From IMG/VR virus record IMGVR_UViG_3300032321_001382: a stretch of 64,000 nt of DNA; one strand, written 5' to 3'. The position numbers were made by a program, and so were the translations under genes. The notes below the pieces were generated by a model. It saw only the letters and a list, made by a program, of their open reading frames with translations. It made no database searches and was not told where the DNA came from. Positions 46,088 through 55,147 of this stretch are shown here, piece after piece (position 1 is the first letter of the stretch; each line of letters starts with the position of its first letter). Origin of the DNA: a virus. Its lineage: Duplodnaviria; Heunggongvirae; Uroviricota; Caudoviricetes.

Positions 46088-46861
46088 TTAATAATAAACC
46101 TCATTAATTAGCGGAAATTCTGCCCTTACTTCGCATTTTTCAAATAAAGGGCATTCTATACATTTTCTATAGTTTGGGTAAGCTTTAAATCCCTCAAACA
46201 ACTCTTTTTCTATACCATTTTTAACCTTATCTATATTTACTTGATGAAAAAAGTATCTATCCTCGTCAACGTGCTGTCTGACAATTTTCATATCATTAGG
46301 ATTCTTACTATTAAAAATGAAATAATAAAATGGGATGTCGTCAATTCCTAAAATCTCTTTAGCTAACATCTTATAGTGTACACCTTGCATCATTAAATTA
46401 TCTTTTTCAGATAAGCTATCCAAGTCCCATCCAAGTTCGTTCCATTTATCGTCTATAAGACCAGAGTATTTCAAATCGATTATACAAACCTCTTTATTCC
46501 ATTCGGCTAAAATATCTAAAACACCACTTTTTTCTTCATTCTGAAGTGTAAAACCCTTTTCCAATATCTTTATGTCATAATGAGCTATTATTTTTTTAAA
46601 CAACTCCACAGCTTGAACTATTCTCTTATATGGTTCTTTCAATTCTTTTTTTAATGTGTATTCTGGCTGTGGTATTTCTCCACTTTTTGGTAAAGAACCA
46701 GTAGCAAGGTATTCGAAATAAATACCCTCTTGCATAGATGGGCTTGTTACAAAAGGAAGATTTCTATCTATATACTTGGCTTTGAATAACAAGCCACATA
46801 GCTTTTCGCTTTTATATTCACTATATCCTTTGATTAAGGATTGGGATATTTTCACATTCAT
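46088..46861 (-). CDS. PD-(D/E)XK nuclease, Cas4/RecB-like with Cys cluster
   Basis: 257 aa; GVLDIL...VCIIDLKYSG...QGVHYK resemble the D / (D/E)xK / QxxxY motifs. One N-terminal Cys (KLCGLL) plus the C-terminal CIECPLFEKC (Cx2Cx5C) matches the Cas4-type Fe-S pattern. Confidence 0.55.
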   Translation of the reverse strand: MNVKISQSLIKGYSEYKSEKLCGLLFKAKYIDRNLPFVTSPSMQEGIYFEYLATGSLPKSGEIPQPEYTLKKELKEPYKRIVQAVELFKKIIAHYDIKILEKGFTLQNEEKSGVLDILAEWNKEVCIIDLKYSGLIDDKWNELGWDLDSLSEKDNLMMQGVHYKMLAKEILGIDDIPFYYFIFNSKNPNDMKIVRQHVDEDRYFFHQVNIDKVKNGIEKELFEGFKAYPNYRKCIECPLFEKCEVRAEFPLINEVYY

Positions 46862-46871
46862 ACTTTTATTT

Positions 46872-47120
46872 TTAACTTGGAGAAATAACTATGTAATAAC
46901 TTTTTTCATCTAGCTTATAAGTCCTATTCCAGAACTCCATAATGTCTTTTCTTTGCTTGGTGCTTGTAAATCTTCTATGAGCCACTTGGTTCATATTAAA
47001 ATCAAGTAAAGCAACGTAACCATGACTTTTATTAATTCTCATTTTCTCTATATCATCATTAATTATCTTCATTATCTTCATATTTTTTAAATTCCCATAA
47101 TGGTACCCATCCCTTTCCAC
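46872..47120 (-). CDS. small hypothetical protein (start uncertain)
   Basis: 82-aa ORF overlapping the upstream ORF; an internal Met may be the true start. Confidence 0.35.
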   Translation of the reverse strand: MERDGYHYGNLKNMKIMKIINDDIEKMRINKSHGYVALLDFNMNQVAHRRFTSTKQRKDIMEFWNRTYKLDEKSYYIVISPS

Positions 47121-47355
47121 CCCATACGTGCTCTACATTATCTATTATTTTTGATGTTTGTCCAAATATAGGCAGAGTTAATGTTTCTGAAATTATTGGA
47201 ATGTTATGTAGTTTTGGATTATTAAGAATAAAATCCCTTAAGAATGTTCTAGCTTGCTTTCTATTAAAAGCTTCTATAGTAACTATTTCATCACTATTAT
47301 AAAACTTGTATTTATAGAAACGCAATACGTATTTCTCTACTGGGTATCTAATCAT
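47059..47355 (-). CDS. hypothetical protein
   Basis: 98-aa ORF. Confidence 0.4.
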   Translation of the reverse strand: MIRYPVEKYVLRFYKYKFYNSDEIVTIEAFNRKQARTFLRDFILNNPKLHNIPIISETLTLPIFGQTSKIIDNVEHVWGGKGWVPLWEFKKYEDNEDN

Positions 47356-47389
47356 ACCGCAAATATATGTATATTATCTTAGGAAATAA

Positions 47390-47683
47390 TCAAAGAATGT
47401 CACTTTTTTTCTTTAGGCTATCTTTTAACGAAACCATAACACTACTTTCTTTAAGTTTTTCTTCGTTTTCAAACTCGTGTTTTTTGCAAAGGTAAAAATC
47501 TTTTGTAATAGGGTATACAGTTGGCTGTAGTGTGAATGCAAAGTATAAAGCCTCTATCTTGCAGTATCCAAGCGGCTTTTCGCCACCAAGCTGAATATCA
47601 CCCTTCCAATGTTTACAATTAAAACATCTTCTTATAATCGGGTATCCATTTTTATTTAAATATGTCGCTAAGTGTTCTACCAT
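47390..47683 (-). CDS. small Cys/His-containing protein (possible zinc-binding)
   Basis: 97 aa; CFNCKHW...YCK...CKKHEF. Confidence 0.4.
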   Translation of the reverse strand: MVEHLATYLNKNGYPIIRRCFNCKHWKGDIQLGGEKPLGYCKIEALYFAFTLQPTVYPITKDFYLCKKHEFENEEKLKESSVMVSLKDSLKKKSDIL

Positions 47684-47703
47684 CTTTATTTAGTTAAATA
47701 AAA

Positions 47704-48414
47704 TTACACTAATTGCTTCATATACAAGTCTTTTTCTTTAAAAAAATCCCTAACTATTTTTCTATTATATTGTGTGTCAATATAATATATACAATCAGTC
47801 TTATAGCAAAGAAAGTCTTTTCCAAGCTTTTTCTTAACCTGATTCATATACTTATAGCAAGTAAGTCTAATAAGCTTGTATACATCTTTAAGCTGGTCAT
47901 CACCATATACAATCTTATATTCATCTATAATCTTGCCATTTTTAATCTTTTGGTATTTTTTATTAGCACCCATAGTACTCAATGCAGCCAGCCTAACAGC
48001 CTTAAAATCATCATTTAGACCTTTATTATATGTATTATCGCTAATTACACCTAGATTATAGGATATACGCCAATAAGCGTGATTTAGGTCTGTAGCAGTT
48101 ATCTTACCAAATAGGTCTTCGTTAAGCTCCTTATTATATTCAATTTGACCATATTTGGTTGGAAGTTTTATAGTATTGGTTTTCAAAAACTCTTTGACAT
48201 CCTTTCTTACCATACCAAAAAGAAACATACCTTTTTTAAAAGCCATTTGTCTTTTCTTATCCATACAAGGGAATATGTATGAGTTATGACCCCATACTAT
48301 TTCATTAGTAAAAGTTCCCTTTTTAATAAGTCCATTTGCTTTTTCCTCAATCATTCTTTTGAAAATAAAATCTTCACTAGTTTTTGAGGTATAAGTAACA
48401 CTCTTGTTTTTCAT
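47704..48414 (-). CDS. hypothetical 236-aa protein
   Basis: Long ORF with good coding texture and no motif I recognise. Confidence 0.5.
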   Translation of the reverse strand: MKNKSVTYTSKTSEDFIFKRMIEEKANGLIKKGTFTNEIVWGHNSYIFPCMDKKRQMAFKKGMFLFGMVRKDVKEFLKTNTIKLPTKYGQIEYNKELNEDLFGKITATDLNHAYWRISYNLGVISDNTYNKGLNDDFKAVRLAALSTMGANKKYQKIKNGKIIDEYKIVYGDDQLKDVYKLIRLTCYKYMNQVKKKLGKDFLCYKTDCIYYIDTQYNRKIVRDFFKEKDLYMKQLV

Positions 48415-49328
48415 TATCCACCAAATTCTTTGGTTATTTTCTCTAAGTTCTTATCGTATTGTAATTTAGTCAATTTACCTTGAGCATAATATTTCTCTAG
48501 TAATTCTGCTGCTTTAATAAATCTCTTATTAAAAGCATTAATAGTATTTATATTAGGCTTTTTAGCTTTAGCAACACGCTTTGCTACAACAGAGAATTCT
48601 TTAATATTTTTATCTAATGTTTTTCTAGCTCTTCTCCTACTATCTTTTTTAGACTTTAATCTTTTTATCCTATCCTCAATTATGTTTTTTACCTGAGTTT
48701 TTTTACTTCTAGTTTCTCTGGTTTTTGGTAGGTTAAAACTGACACTTTCCGTTTCTCCTTGAGGTTGTTGGTTACCTTTTTTATCAATCAAAAACAATAC
48801 AAAGTCTAAGTAATAGTTTTCTGGAGTACCATCGTTTTTCTTTCTAGGTCTAAGTTTCTTGTATCCAGAGAAAATAAACTTACCGCTACTATTATCAGCA
48901 TCTGGTCTTATTTCTTCAACTATTTGCCTAACCCCATTTCTACCATATTCATAGTTTCTTGTATTAAAAATTCTAGTTTCTCCATATTCTCCAGCTGTAA
49001 CTTTAACATAAACACAATCTGGCACCAATTCACTAATAGTCTCATCTAGTGCATACCACTCTACAAAAGCAAATTCACTAGGGTCAATATAATTAAGGTC
49101 GCATATCTCTTTAGGTGGAACTTTTTCAATTTCCGTAATTATTATACTCCTAAGAGGTTTAATTTTAATTTTATACTTAGGGACTCCCTTGTATTGAGGC
49201 ATTATAACCCTCTTAATTATCTCTCGCCTAAGCTTTAGGGATAATTTATTCTCTTCTGGTAGTTTATTATTTAATTTTGTAAACTCTTTAAGAATCCGAT
49301 TATATGTAGTGGGTTTCCTCTTGGTCAT
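48414..49328 (-). CDS. Lys/Arg-rich 304-aa protein (DNA-binding candidate)
   Basis: Long ORF with a very basic C-terminal half (KKTQVKN...KSKKDSRRRARK). It lies downstream of the excisionase-like gene. Confidence 0.5.
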   Translation of the reverse strand: MTKRKPTTYNRILKEFTKLNNKLPEENKLSLKLRREIIKRVIMPQYKGVPKYKIKIKPLRSIIITEIEKVPPKEICDLNYIDPSEFAFVEWYALDETISELVPDCVYVKVTAGEYGETRIFNTRNYEYGRNGVRQIVEEIRPDADNSSGKFIFSGYKKLRPRKKNDGTPENYYLDFVLFLIDKKGNQQPQGETESVSFNLPKTRETRSKKTQVKNIIEDRIKRLKSKKDSRRRARKTLDKNIKEFSVVAKRVAKAKKPNINTINAFNKRFIKAAELLEKYYAQGKLTKLQYDKNLEKITKEFGG

Positions 49329-49336
49329 TTTTAAGG

Positions 49337-49525
49337 TTAGTTTGATTGCTCTTCAATCCAATTCTTAATTTTTTGCTTATCAAACAAAACCTTTCCACCA
49401 ACCTTATTGAATGGAATTTTCTTTTTACTAACTAATGAGTAAATATGAGACTCTGACAATCTTAGCCATTTCGCCAGTTCACGAACCGTTAATAAATCAT
49501 CTAAAATTGCTGTACTCATAATCAT
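49337..49525 (-). CDS. excisionase/AlpA-family helix-turn-helix DNA-binding protein
   Basis: 62 aa; LLTVRELAKWLRLSESHIYSLVSKKKIPFNKVGGKVLF matches the HTH_17 / Xis pattern (L.T..E.A..L..S..T.Y.L...G.IP..K.G....F). Confidence 0.65.
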   Translation of the reverse strand: MIMSTAILDDLLTVRELAKWLRLSESHIYSLVSKKKIPFNKVGGKVLFDKQKIKNWIEEQSN

Positions 49526-49844
49526 TATTTTATGTGGGGGGACAACAAATTTAATTAAAACAAATGTACTTATTACTAAACACCAAAAATAAATACAAAA
49601 TAGTTGTAATGCATTGATTTATATACCCTTATATGTTTTTATCTGTCATTATTATTCTTGTAAATAAGTATTTTTAACTTTATCAAATACTTGGACAAAA
49701 CTTTTTGATTGAAAAATCTGACCCCTCCATTTAATAACTTTAATTTTACTAGTATTACTTTTCATTTCAACAATTTTGGCTTCTTTTTTGAAATTTTCAT
49801 AATGCACTTTTTCTTTTGCACTCCTATTCATATCTTATTAATTT

Positions 49845-50114
49845 TTAATATACTCTATCTTCTATTTCCACTTGGTCTGATTCAATTTTCTCTAATAAAG
49901 CTATCTCATCCTTTGTCAATCTGCTAGTAATATCAATTTCTTTACCTAAAAATTTAATGACAACCTTTATAATTTCGTTGGATAATTCTTCTTGGTCAAT
50001 AAAGGTATGCAATCCATGACATTCTTCCTCTCTTATACTAGAAGAATAAGTGACTTCTTTTTCAACATTTACTAAAGTGTAGTAATTCAAGTAGATAGAT
50101 TCCATGTTTGACAT
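49845..50114 (-). CDS. small acidic hypothetical protein
   Basis: 89-aa ORF. Confidence 0.4.
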   Translation of the reverse strand: MSNMESIYLNYYTLVNVEKEVTYSSSIREEECHGLHTFIDQEELSNEIIKVVIKFLGKEIDITSRLTKDEIALLEKIESDQVEIEDRVY

Positions 50115-50119
50115 TTTTT

Positions 50120-50791
50120 TTAAATTTTATTGTTAAATGGTATAGTGAATTTTTCTAATAATGGAACGTTGCCCCATTTGTCAATATATCTTTGCCTATT
50201 GTATCTCATAGATAAGTTAACCAAATCTGGGGCTTTCTCATATGTTTGACTAACTAGTGCATCTTTTGGATTCAATTGATTATTTACTTCATGTTGTAAG
50301 CCATGCAGCTTTAATCTATACATATAATCGCTATCCTCAAAATAAGCTGGGAAAAAACCTTCATCAAACTCACCTATGTACTCGTACAAGTCTTTGTTAA
50401 TTAAAATTACAGACCAATTTAACTCAGATTGAACCAATCCAACCTCGCTCATTTCTATACACATATTAACTCTTGTATTACCATATCCCAAGTAAACATC
50501 ATCATTAATAATTAAAGCCCAATCTTGTTTTGCAAAAATTAATCTACAGAGCTTATTCCAAGATGCAGCAACACCAATGTTTTCTTTTTGATTATGTACG
50601 TAAATCTGTACGTTTTCTTCTAAATTACTTAGACCTTGATTACCATTATCAATAATATGAATATCTATATCTTTAAAATCTTTTAGGTACTTTTCAATTG
50701 ATGGTAGTAATAGGTCTGCTCTATTAAGTGTGGGTATTCCTATTGAGAACATAATATAAGTTTTTTTTAAAAAAAGGGGCGGGAAACACAA
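50120..50791 (-). CDS. GT2-family (GT-A fold) glycosyltransferase
   Basis: 223 aa; MFSIGIPTLNRADLLLPSIEKYL and the IINDDVYLG DxD-like region. Confidence 0.55.
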   Translation of the reverse strand: MCFPPLFLKKTYIMFSIGIPTLNRADLLLPSIEKYLKDFKDIDIHIIDNGNQGLSNLEENVQIYVHNQKENIGVAASWNKLCRLIFAKQDWALIINDDVYLGYGNTRVNMCIEMSEVGLVQSELNWSVILINKDLYEYIGEFDEGFFPAYFEDSDYMYRLKLHGLQHEVNNQLNPKDALVSQTYEKAPDLVNLSMRYNRQRYIDKWGNVPLLEKFTIPFNNKI

Positions 50792-50806
50792 TAACCCACC
50801 CCCCTA
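50768..50806 (-). terminator. rho-independent terminator (minus strand) with flanking A/T runs, possibly bidirectional
   Basis: Minus strand reads GGGGGGTGGGTTATTGTGTTTCCCGCCCC followed by TTTTTTT; it lies downstream of the 51028..51549 gene. Confidence 0.5.
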
Positions 50807-51027
50807 GAACGAAAAAACACAAACAAACAAACAAACGATGTGCGCTTTGTTAATTCCAATGCAAATATATTCAATTATGTTTAAATTCCAAATATAATTT
50901 ACAAATTGCATGAATTTTTCTGATATTTCATGCACTTTAACTACACTTTAACAATAAATAAAAAAGCCGCTAAGATTTTACCCTAGCGACCTCTTATTTA
51001 CTAACCAAAACCAGCAGTAACCAGCTG

Positions 51028-51549
51028 CTATTCTTTAAAAACAGTAAACATTTTTGTGGTAACTATTCTACCAAAATAAACTTTATGTATAACCAATCCC
51101 ATATCGTCACACTCGTTTTTCAATGCATTTTTAATCCTTGTCAAAGTTGTTTTCTTTTTAATATCCTCCCAATCACAATCTGTTAAATAATCGGCTATAA
51201 TTCCTCTAGCTATGTCGTGAATATTACCAGCAGCCTCGTTAGCCTCTAATAAATACTTTTTAGGGTCTACTATATCAAATTTAATGATAGGTTCAACGCT
51301 AACTTGTTTATTATCTAGTGTAGTAATATTAACGGGATTTACATGGAAAGTATCTATAGTTCTTATTACTTTATAAATCTCATCTATTAATGGAAATTTA
51401 AAATTAACACCAACACTTAAATCTTTTTTATATTTACCAAGTCTCAATAATACACCAGATTCAAAATCCCTTACTATAAAAATAGGTGATAGATAATCAA
51501 TTCCTTTTTCGGCAATCCATTCAAAAAATTTAATTAATCCATCTACCAT
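51028..51549 (-). CDS. hypothetical 173-aa protein
   Basis: ORF with good coding texture, terminator downstream. Confidence 0.5.
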   Translation of the reverse strand: MVDGLIKFFEWIAEKGIDYLSPIFIVRDFESGVLLRLGKYKKDLSVGVNFKFPLIDEIYKVIRTIDTFHVNPVNITTLDNKQVSVEPIIKFDIVDPKKYLLEANEAAGNIHDIARGIIADYLTDCDWEDIKKKTTLTRIKNALKNECDDMGLVIHKVYFGRIVTTKMFTVFKE

Positions 51550-51553
51550 AAAA

Positions 51554-51742
51554 TTAGGATTTTAAAATAAACTCATCTGGTCTATCGATTTCTTTTGGTT
51601 CTATAATTTTATATCCACCCCTAATCTTGGCTAACATTTTTCTTATGCTATCCTCTTCTACATATATTTCAGTAACTCTTTTAATAAGAAATACTTCTTG
51701 TTCTGATAATGACATTTTGTAAAAGTTTTTCGGCAGTCTCAT
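51554..51742 (-). CDS. small hypothetical protein
   Basis: 62 aa, tightly packed. Confidence 0.4.
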   Translation of the reverse strand: MRLPKNFYKMSLSEQEVFLIKRVTEIYVEEDSIRKMLAKIRGGYKIIEPKEIDRPDEFILKS

Positions 51743-51743
51743 C

Positions 51744-52730
51744 CTAATGAATTTTGTTGTTTATAATTCTTTTATTATCTACAGCAAAGCTACCATCCTT
51801 TTCTACAAGTATATGAGCAAAACCTAAATTATGTTTAGTGTTATGTGGGTCATAATCTGGTGCTAATGTACATAAACATCCAACACTCCAACAAGATATA
51901 GGTTCTTCTTTAATTGTAGTTTCACTATGATTAGATGTAGTGTGAACATGACCAATCATCATTGAACTTTTTGCTCTCATAAACACACCCCTTGCAGCAT
52001 TTACTGGAGCCATAAAACCCCTTACTATAGTATGTCCATGAGCCATGTGTAGCTTTCCAGCCCTCAAGATAATGTTTTGGTCGTAAAAATCAATATTATA
52101 TTTTTTCAAGTTTAATCTTTGAGGAAGCCTATAATATTCATCATTAAACAATACGGGAGCTTTTTTCATTAAATATCTTACATACCAATTATCGTGATTG
52201 CCTTCAATCCATACGATATGAGCTTTTGGGAAAAGTGTTCTTAAGTGGGAAAATAAAATTTCAGCATATTCAAACCAATCTCTTACATCGTCTGAACTTG
52301 GTGGAGGAGAATCGTGACTAGTAAATGGAGTATTATCTAGAATATCTCCACCCAATACAATACAATTAATCTTTTTATCTTTACCATATTGTGTTGCTAA
52401 ATTTATAGCATCAATATCATGATTGGGTAAGTGAATATCACTCATCCATAAAATATTATTAGAGCTAACTGGCAAATCAACAAAAATTCTTTGTTTACTT
52501 ATAGATGGAGGTAAATCTGGTGTATGAGTAATTACATCTTGTCTTAAAACTTTTTTACCGTTCTTGGTAGTGCCTAAACTTCCAGTTGCACTTCTTACGA
52601 AAGTTCGAGCATCTTCTTGGTCTTTGTAAATAGCTGGATGGTCATTAAAAAGTTTTGCTGCGATTGAAGACTTAGAGATGGATGGGAATTTTTTAACGTA
52701 CTGAGCCGCTAATTCGGTTTTGTGTGCCAT
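51744..52730 (-). CDS. calcineurin-like metallophosphoesterase
   Basis: 328 aa; ILWMSDIHLP (DxH), NCIVLGGDILD (GDxxD), VWIEGNHDNW (GNH[DE]) and MAHGH form the canonical metallophosphoesterase motif series. Confidence 0.7.
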   Translation of the reverse strand: MAHKTELAAQYVKKFPSISKSSIAAKLFNDHPAIYKDQEDARTFVRSATGSLGTTKNGKKVLRQDVITHTPDLPPSISKQRIFVDLPVSSNNILWMSDIHLPNHDIDAINLATQYGKDKKINCIVLGGDILDNTPFTSHDSPPPSSDDVRDWFEYAEILFSHLRTLFPKAHIVWIEGNHDNWYVRYLMKKAPVLFNDEYYRLPQRLNLKKYNIDFYDQNIILRAGKLHMAHGHTIVRGFMAPVNAARGVFMRAKSSMMIGHVHTTSNHSETTIKEEPISCWSVGCLCTLAPDYDPHNTKHNLGFAHILVEKDGSFAVDNKRIINNKIH

Positions 52731-52791
52731 TTTATTTTTGTTTAGGTTAGTTTCACTATCAATAACGCAACAAATCTAAGAAAATTGTTTA

Positions 52792-53097
52792 TTATTTCAA
52801 CATTTTTATTGTATTTGTTTTCCTAATCTCAATATGTTCATCATTTTCATATAACAAAAGGCACTTTAATTCTCGTAATTCATTGTAACCCAATTTTATT
52901 TTCTTATCGCCAATCTTTATTTTAATTTTATCTCCATTATCCTCTAGTTTAGCGCAAACACTACCCTTAATTCCTTCACTCCAATCACTTGTATTTGAAT
53001 ACCTTAGCTCTATTATTCCATCATTTTCTACAATATCATAATCATAATCTAAATTATCGCCATGCATATCATTTTTAAGCCATACTTGATTTTTCAT
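52792..53097 (-). CDS. hypothetical protein
   Basis: 101-aa ORF. Confidence 0.4.
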   Translation of the reverse strand: MKNQVWLKNDMHGDNLDYDYDIVENDGIIELRYSNTSDWSEGIKGSVCAKLEDNGDKIKIKIGDKKIKLGYNELRELKCLLLYENDEHIEIRKTNTIKMLK

Positions 53098-53175
53098 ATA
53101 TTTTATTTTATTAATTTGTTTTTAATGTCATAGTATATAACCAGCAATATCAAAAAAATTGCCACAAATACACCT

Positions 53176-53562
53176 CTAATAATTTTCATTATCAATTCTT
53201 TTCTTTATATTAATCTGGTCTGTTATATAAGTAGGTCTTTTAATCTTATGAAAAAACCTGAATTTATTTTTACTAGGCATATCATCAATCATTAGATTAC
53301 AATGTTTACAAGCCATCCTTTGATTTTCAAGCATTTCCCTAAAAGGGTTATTTTCATTTTTTGGATATATATGTTCCAAAGTAGCCATATATAAAGGATG
53401 TCTCTTGCCTATTAAATCTTTTGGGTCTGGTTTTAATAAACAATCATCATTGCAATAACAGCATTTTCCACCTTGTATATTAAATAAAATCGTCAAATTA
53501 TCTCTTTTACTTTTTGAAACTACTTTACAAATTCTTGCTGAATTATTTTTTTGCGAGTGCAT
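53176..53562 (-). CDS. HNH endonuclease
   Basis: 128 aa; CCYCNDDC...ATLEHIYPKNENN...CKHCN fits the Cx2C...H...N...Cx2C HNH zinc-finger layout. Confidence 0.65.
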   Translation of the reverse strand: MHSQKNNSARICKVVSKSKRDNLTILFNIQGGKCCYCNDDCLLKPDPKDLIGKRHPLYMATLEHIYPKNENNPFREMLENQRMACKHCNLMIDDMPSKNKFRFFHKIKRPTYITDQINIKKRIDNENY

Positions 53563-53929
53563 ATATTTTGTATGTGCTGTTTTTTGTGTTAAATGTAATT
53601 ATATCCTCATTTTTAGTATAAGATTGTACTTGTGTTGTCATCCATTCAAAATTTCCATGGATAAAATCTACAATCAAACCTCTTCCAATACCAATATCAT
53701 CATGAGATTGTTTAAATGTACCATCCTCGTTCCACTCAATCCACTTTAGATTGTTACCATATTTAGTTAGTCCATCTCCCCTAACTATTTTATAAGCAAA
53801 CTTGGGTTTGCCACCATGCTCTTCACAAAATAAATCTTCTGTAAATCCAGTGTGAATAATTTTATTACACTTATGACATAGTGTAGCACCAATACCACCA
53901 TTGAATTTATGAATAGGTTTTATATCCAT
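53543..53929 (-). CDS. hypothetical protein with CHKCN...CEEH zinc-ribbon-like N-terminus
   Basis: 128-aa ORF. Confidence 0.45.
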   Translation of the reverse strand: MDIKPIHKFNGGIGATLCHKCNKIIHTGFTEDLFCEEHGGKPKFAYKIVRGDGLTKYGNNLKWIEWNEDGTFKQSHDDIGIGRGLIVDFIHGNFEWMTTQVQSYTKNEDIITFNTKNSTYKIYALAKK

Positions 53930-54114
53930 AGGTTTCTTTTAAAGAAATTAATAACACTAATAATCAAATCCATAACAGCTAAAAATGGCGCTAAAACCAA
54001 TACCATTAAGGTGTCTAATGCAGCTGTATCACCGATAGTTCCCTTATTTGCAGCTTTAGATAACTTAAATAAACAATAAATAACACTTGCTAAATAAAAT
54101 AATGTAAATAACAT
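53920..54114 (-). CDS. small two-TM membrane protein
   Basis: 64 aa, hydrophobic. Confidence 0.4.
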   Translation of the reverse strand: MLFTLFYLASVIYCLFKLSKAANKGTIGDTAALDTLMVLVLAPFLAVMDLIISVINFFKRNLWI

Positions 54115-54115
54115 T

Positions 54116-54430
54116 TTATAAATTTTTAATATTTTCTCTTACGTTTTCTGACATTTCTTTTCTTTCTTTATAATTACTACCCCTCAATAATGGGTTTTGT
54201 TCTTGAATTTTTCTTCTAGCTCTACTTATTGATTCAAAACTAGTTAGATTACCGCTAGACATATTTTTTAAAAAATCATAAGCCGACTTGTTTTGTAAAG
54301 CTTCTTTTCCACCTTCTTCATAAAAATAATAAGTAGCGACTAATAAGTTATCACTATCCCTAGTTTTTGGATTCCTTATGAGTAATTCCTCTACTATTGA
54401 TTTAACATCTTTTAAATTTTCAAAATTCAT
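54116..54430 (-). CDS. hypothetical protein
   Basis: 104-aa ORF. Confidence 0.45.
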   Translation of the reverse strand: MNFENLKDVKSIVEELLIRNPKTRDSDNLLVATYYFYEEGGKEALQNKSAYDFLKNMSSGNLTSFESISRARRKIQEQNPLLRGSNYKERKEMSENVRENIKNL

Positions 54431-54597
54431 AGTTTTAATTTTTAAAATAATCTAATAATGATTCTTTAATTTTTTGTGCTTCGTAATTTTCGATTTTATT
54501 TATATTATCTCTACAATCTGTATAACTCTTATATACATCTGTTTTATCATTAAAAAGTTCTTTTTTCTCTGCTTTATAATAACAATAATAATTTTGG

Positions 54598-54894
54598 TTA
54601 TACTTTACTTGAAATATTTTCACCTTTGCTATAGAATTTTTTAACATATTCGCTACCACTAGTTACTTCTGCGTTTTCTTTTAACTCTGCTTGTAAAAAT
54701 CCAAAGTCAAATGCAGCAGATAGAATGCTAGCCTCAATATCGTAAGAGTTTTTAAGTAAATTAATCATAGTATCAACATTCAAGGTGTAGTCATAATCCT
54801 TGAATTTTTCATCTTTTGATAAGATTTCTTTGGTTTGCAAGATAATGTCAATTAACTCTTGCATCGGTGTTTTGTGGATGTTTTGGTTTTCCAT
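54598..54894 (-). CDS. hypothetical protein, first gene of the minus-strand operon
   Basis: 98-aa ORF adjacent to a 250-bp divergent intergenic region; the overlapping 54435..54659 ORF is an alternative. Confidence 0.4.
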   Translation of the reverse strand: MENQNIHKTPMQELIDIILQTKEILSKDEKFKDYDYTLNVDTMINLLKNSYDIEASILSAAFDFGFLQAELKENAEVTSGSEYVKKFYSKGENISSKV

Positions 54895-55147
54895 TTATTT
54901 TCGTTTTGGTTTTTAATTTAATGCGTTGTTTTGGCTGACGCACCCCAGCTCCTTTAGGGGGATTAGTAGTATGTTTTTATTTTCTACATCAAAGATATGT
55001 ATATTATATCAAACAATAACAAATAATTGTTAAAATTATCTTAATTTTTTATGATAAAAAGCATATGCAAACACTAAAATATGGTAAATATGAATTATTT
55101 TTGATATTATTCCGAAAATTGGAATATTTTATGTATAAACGTCAAAA

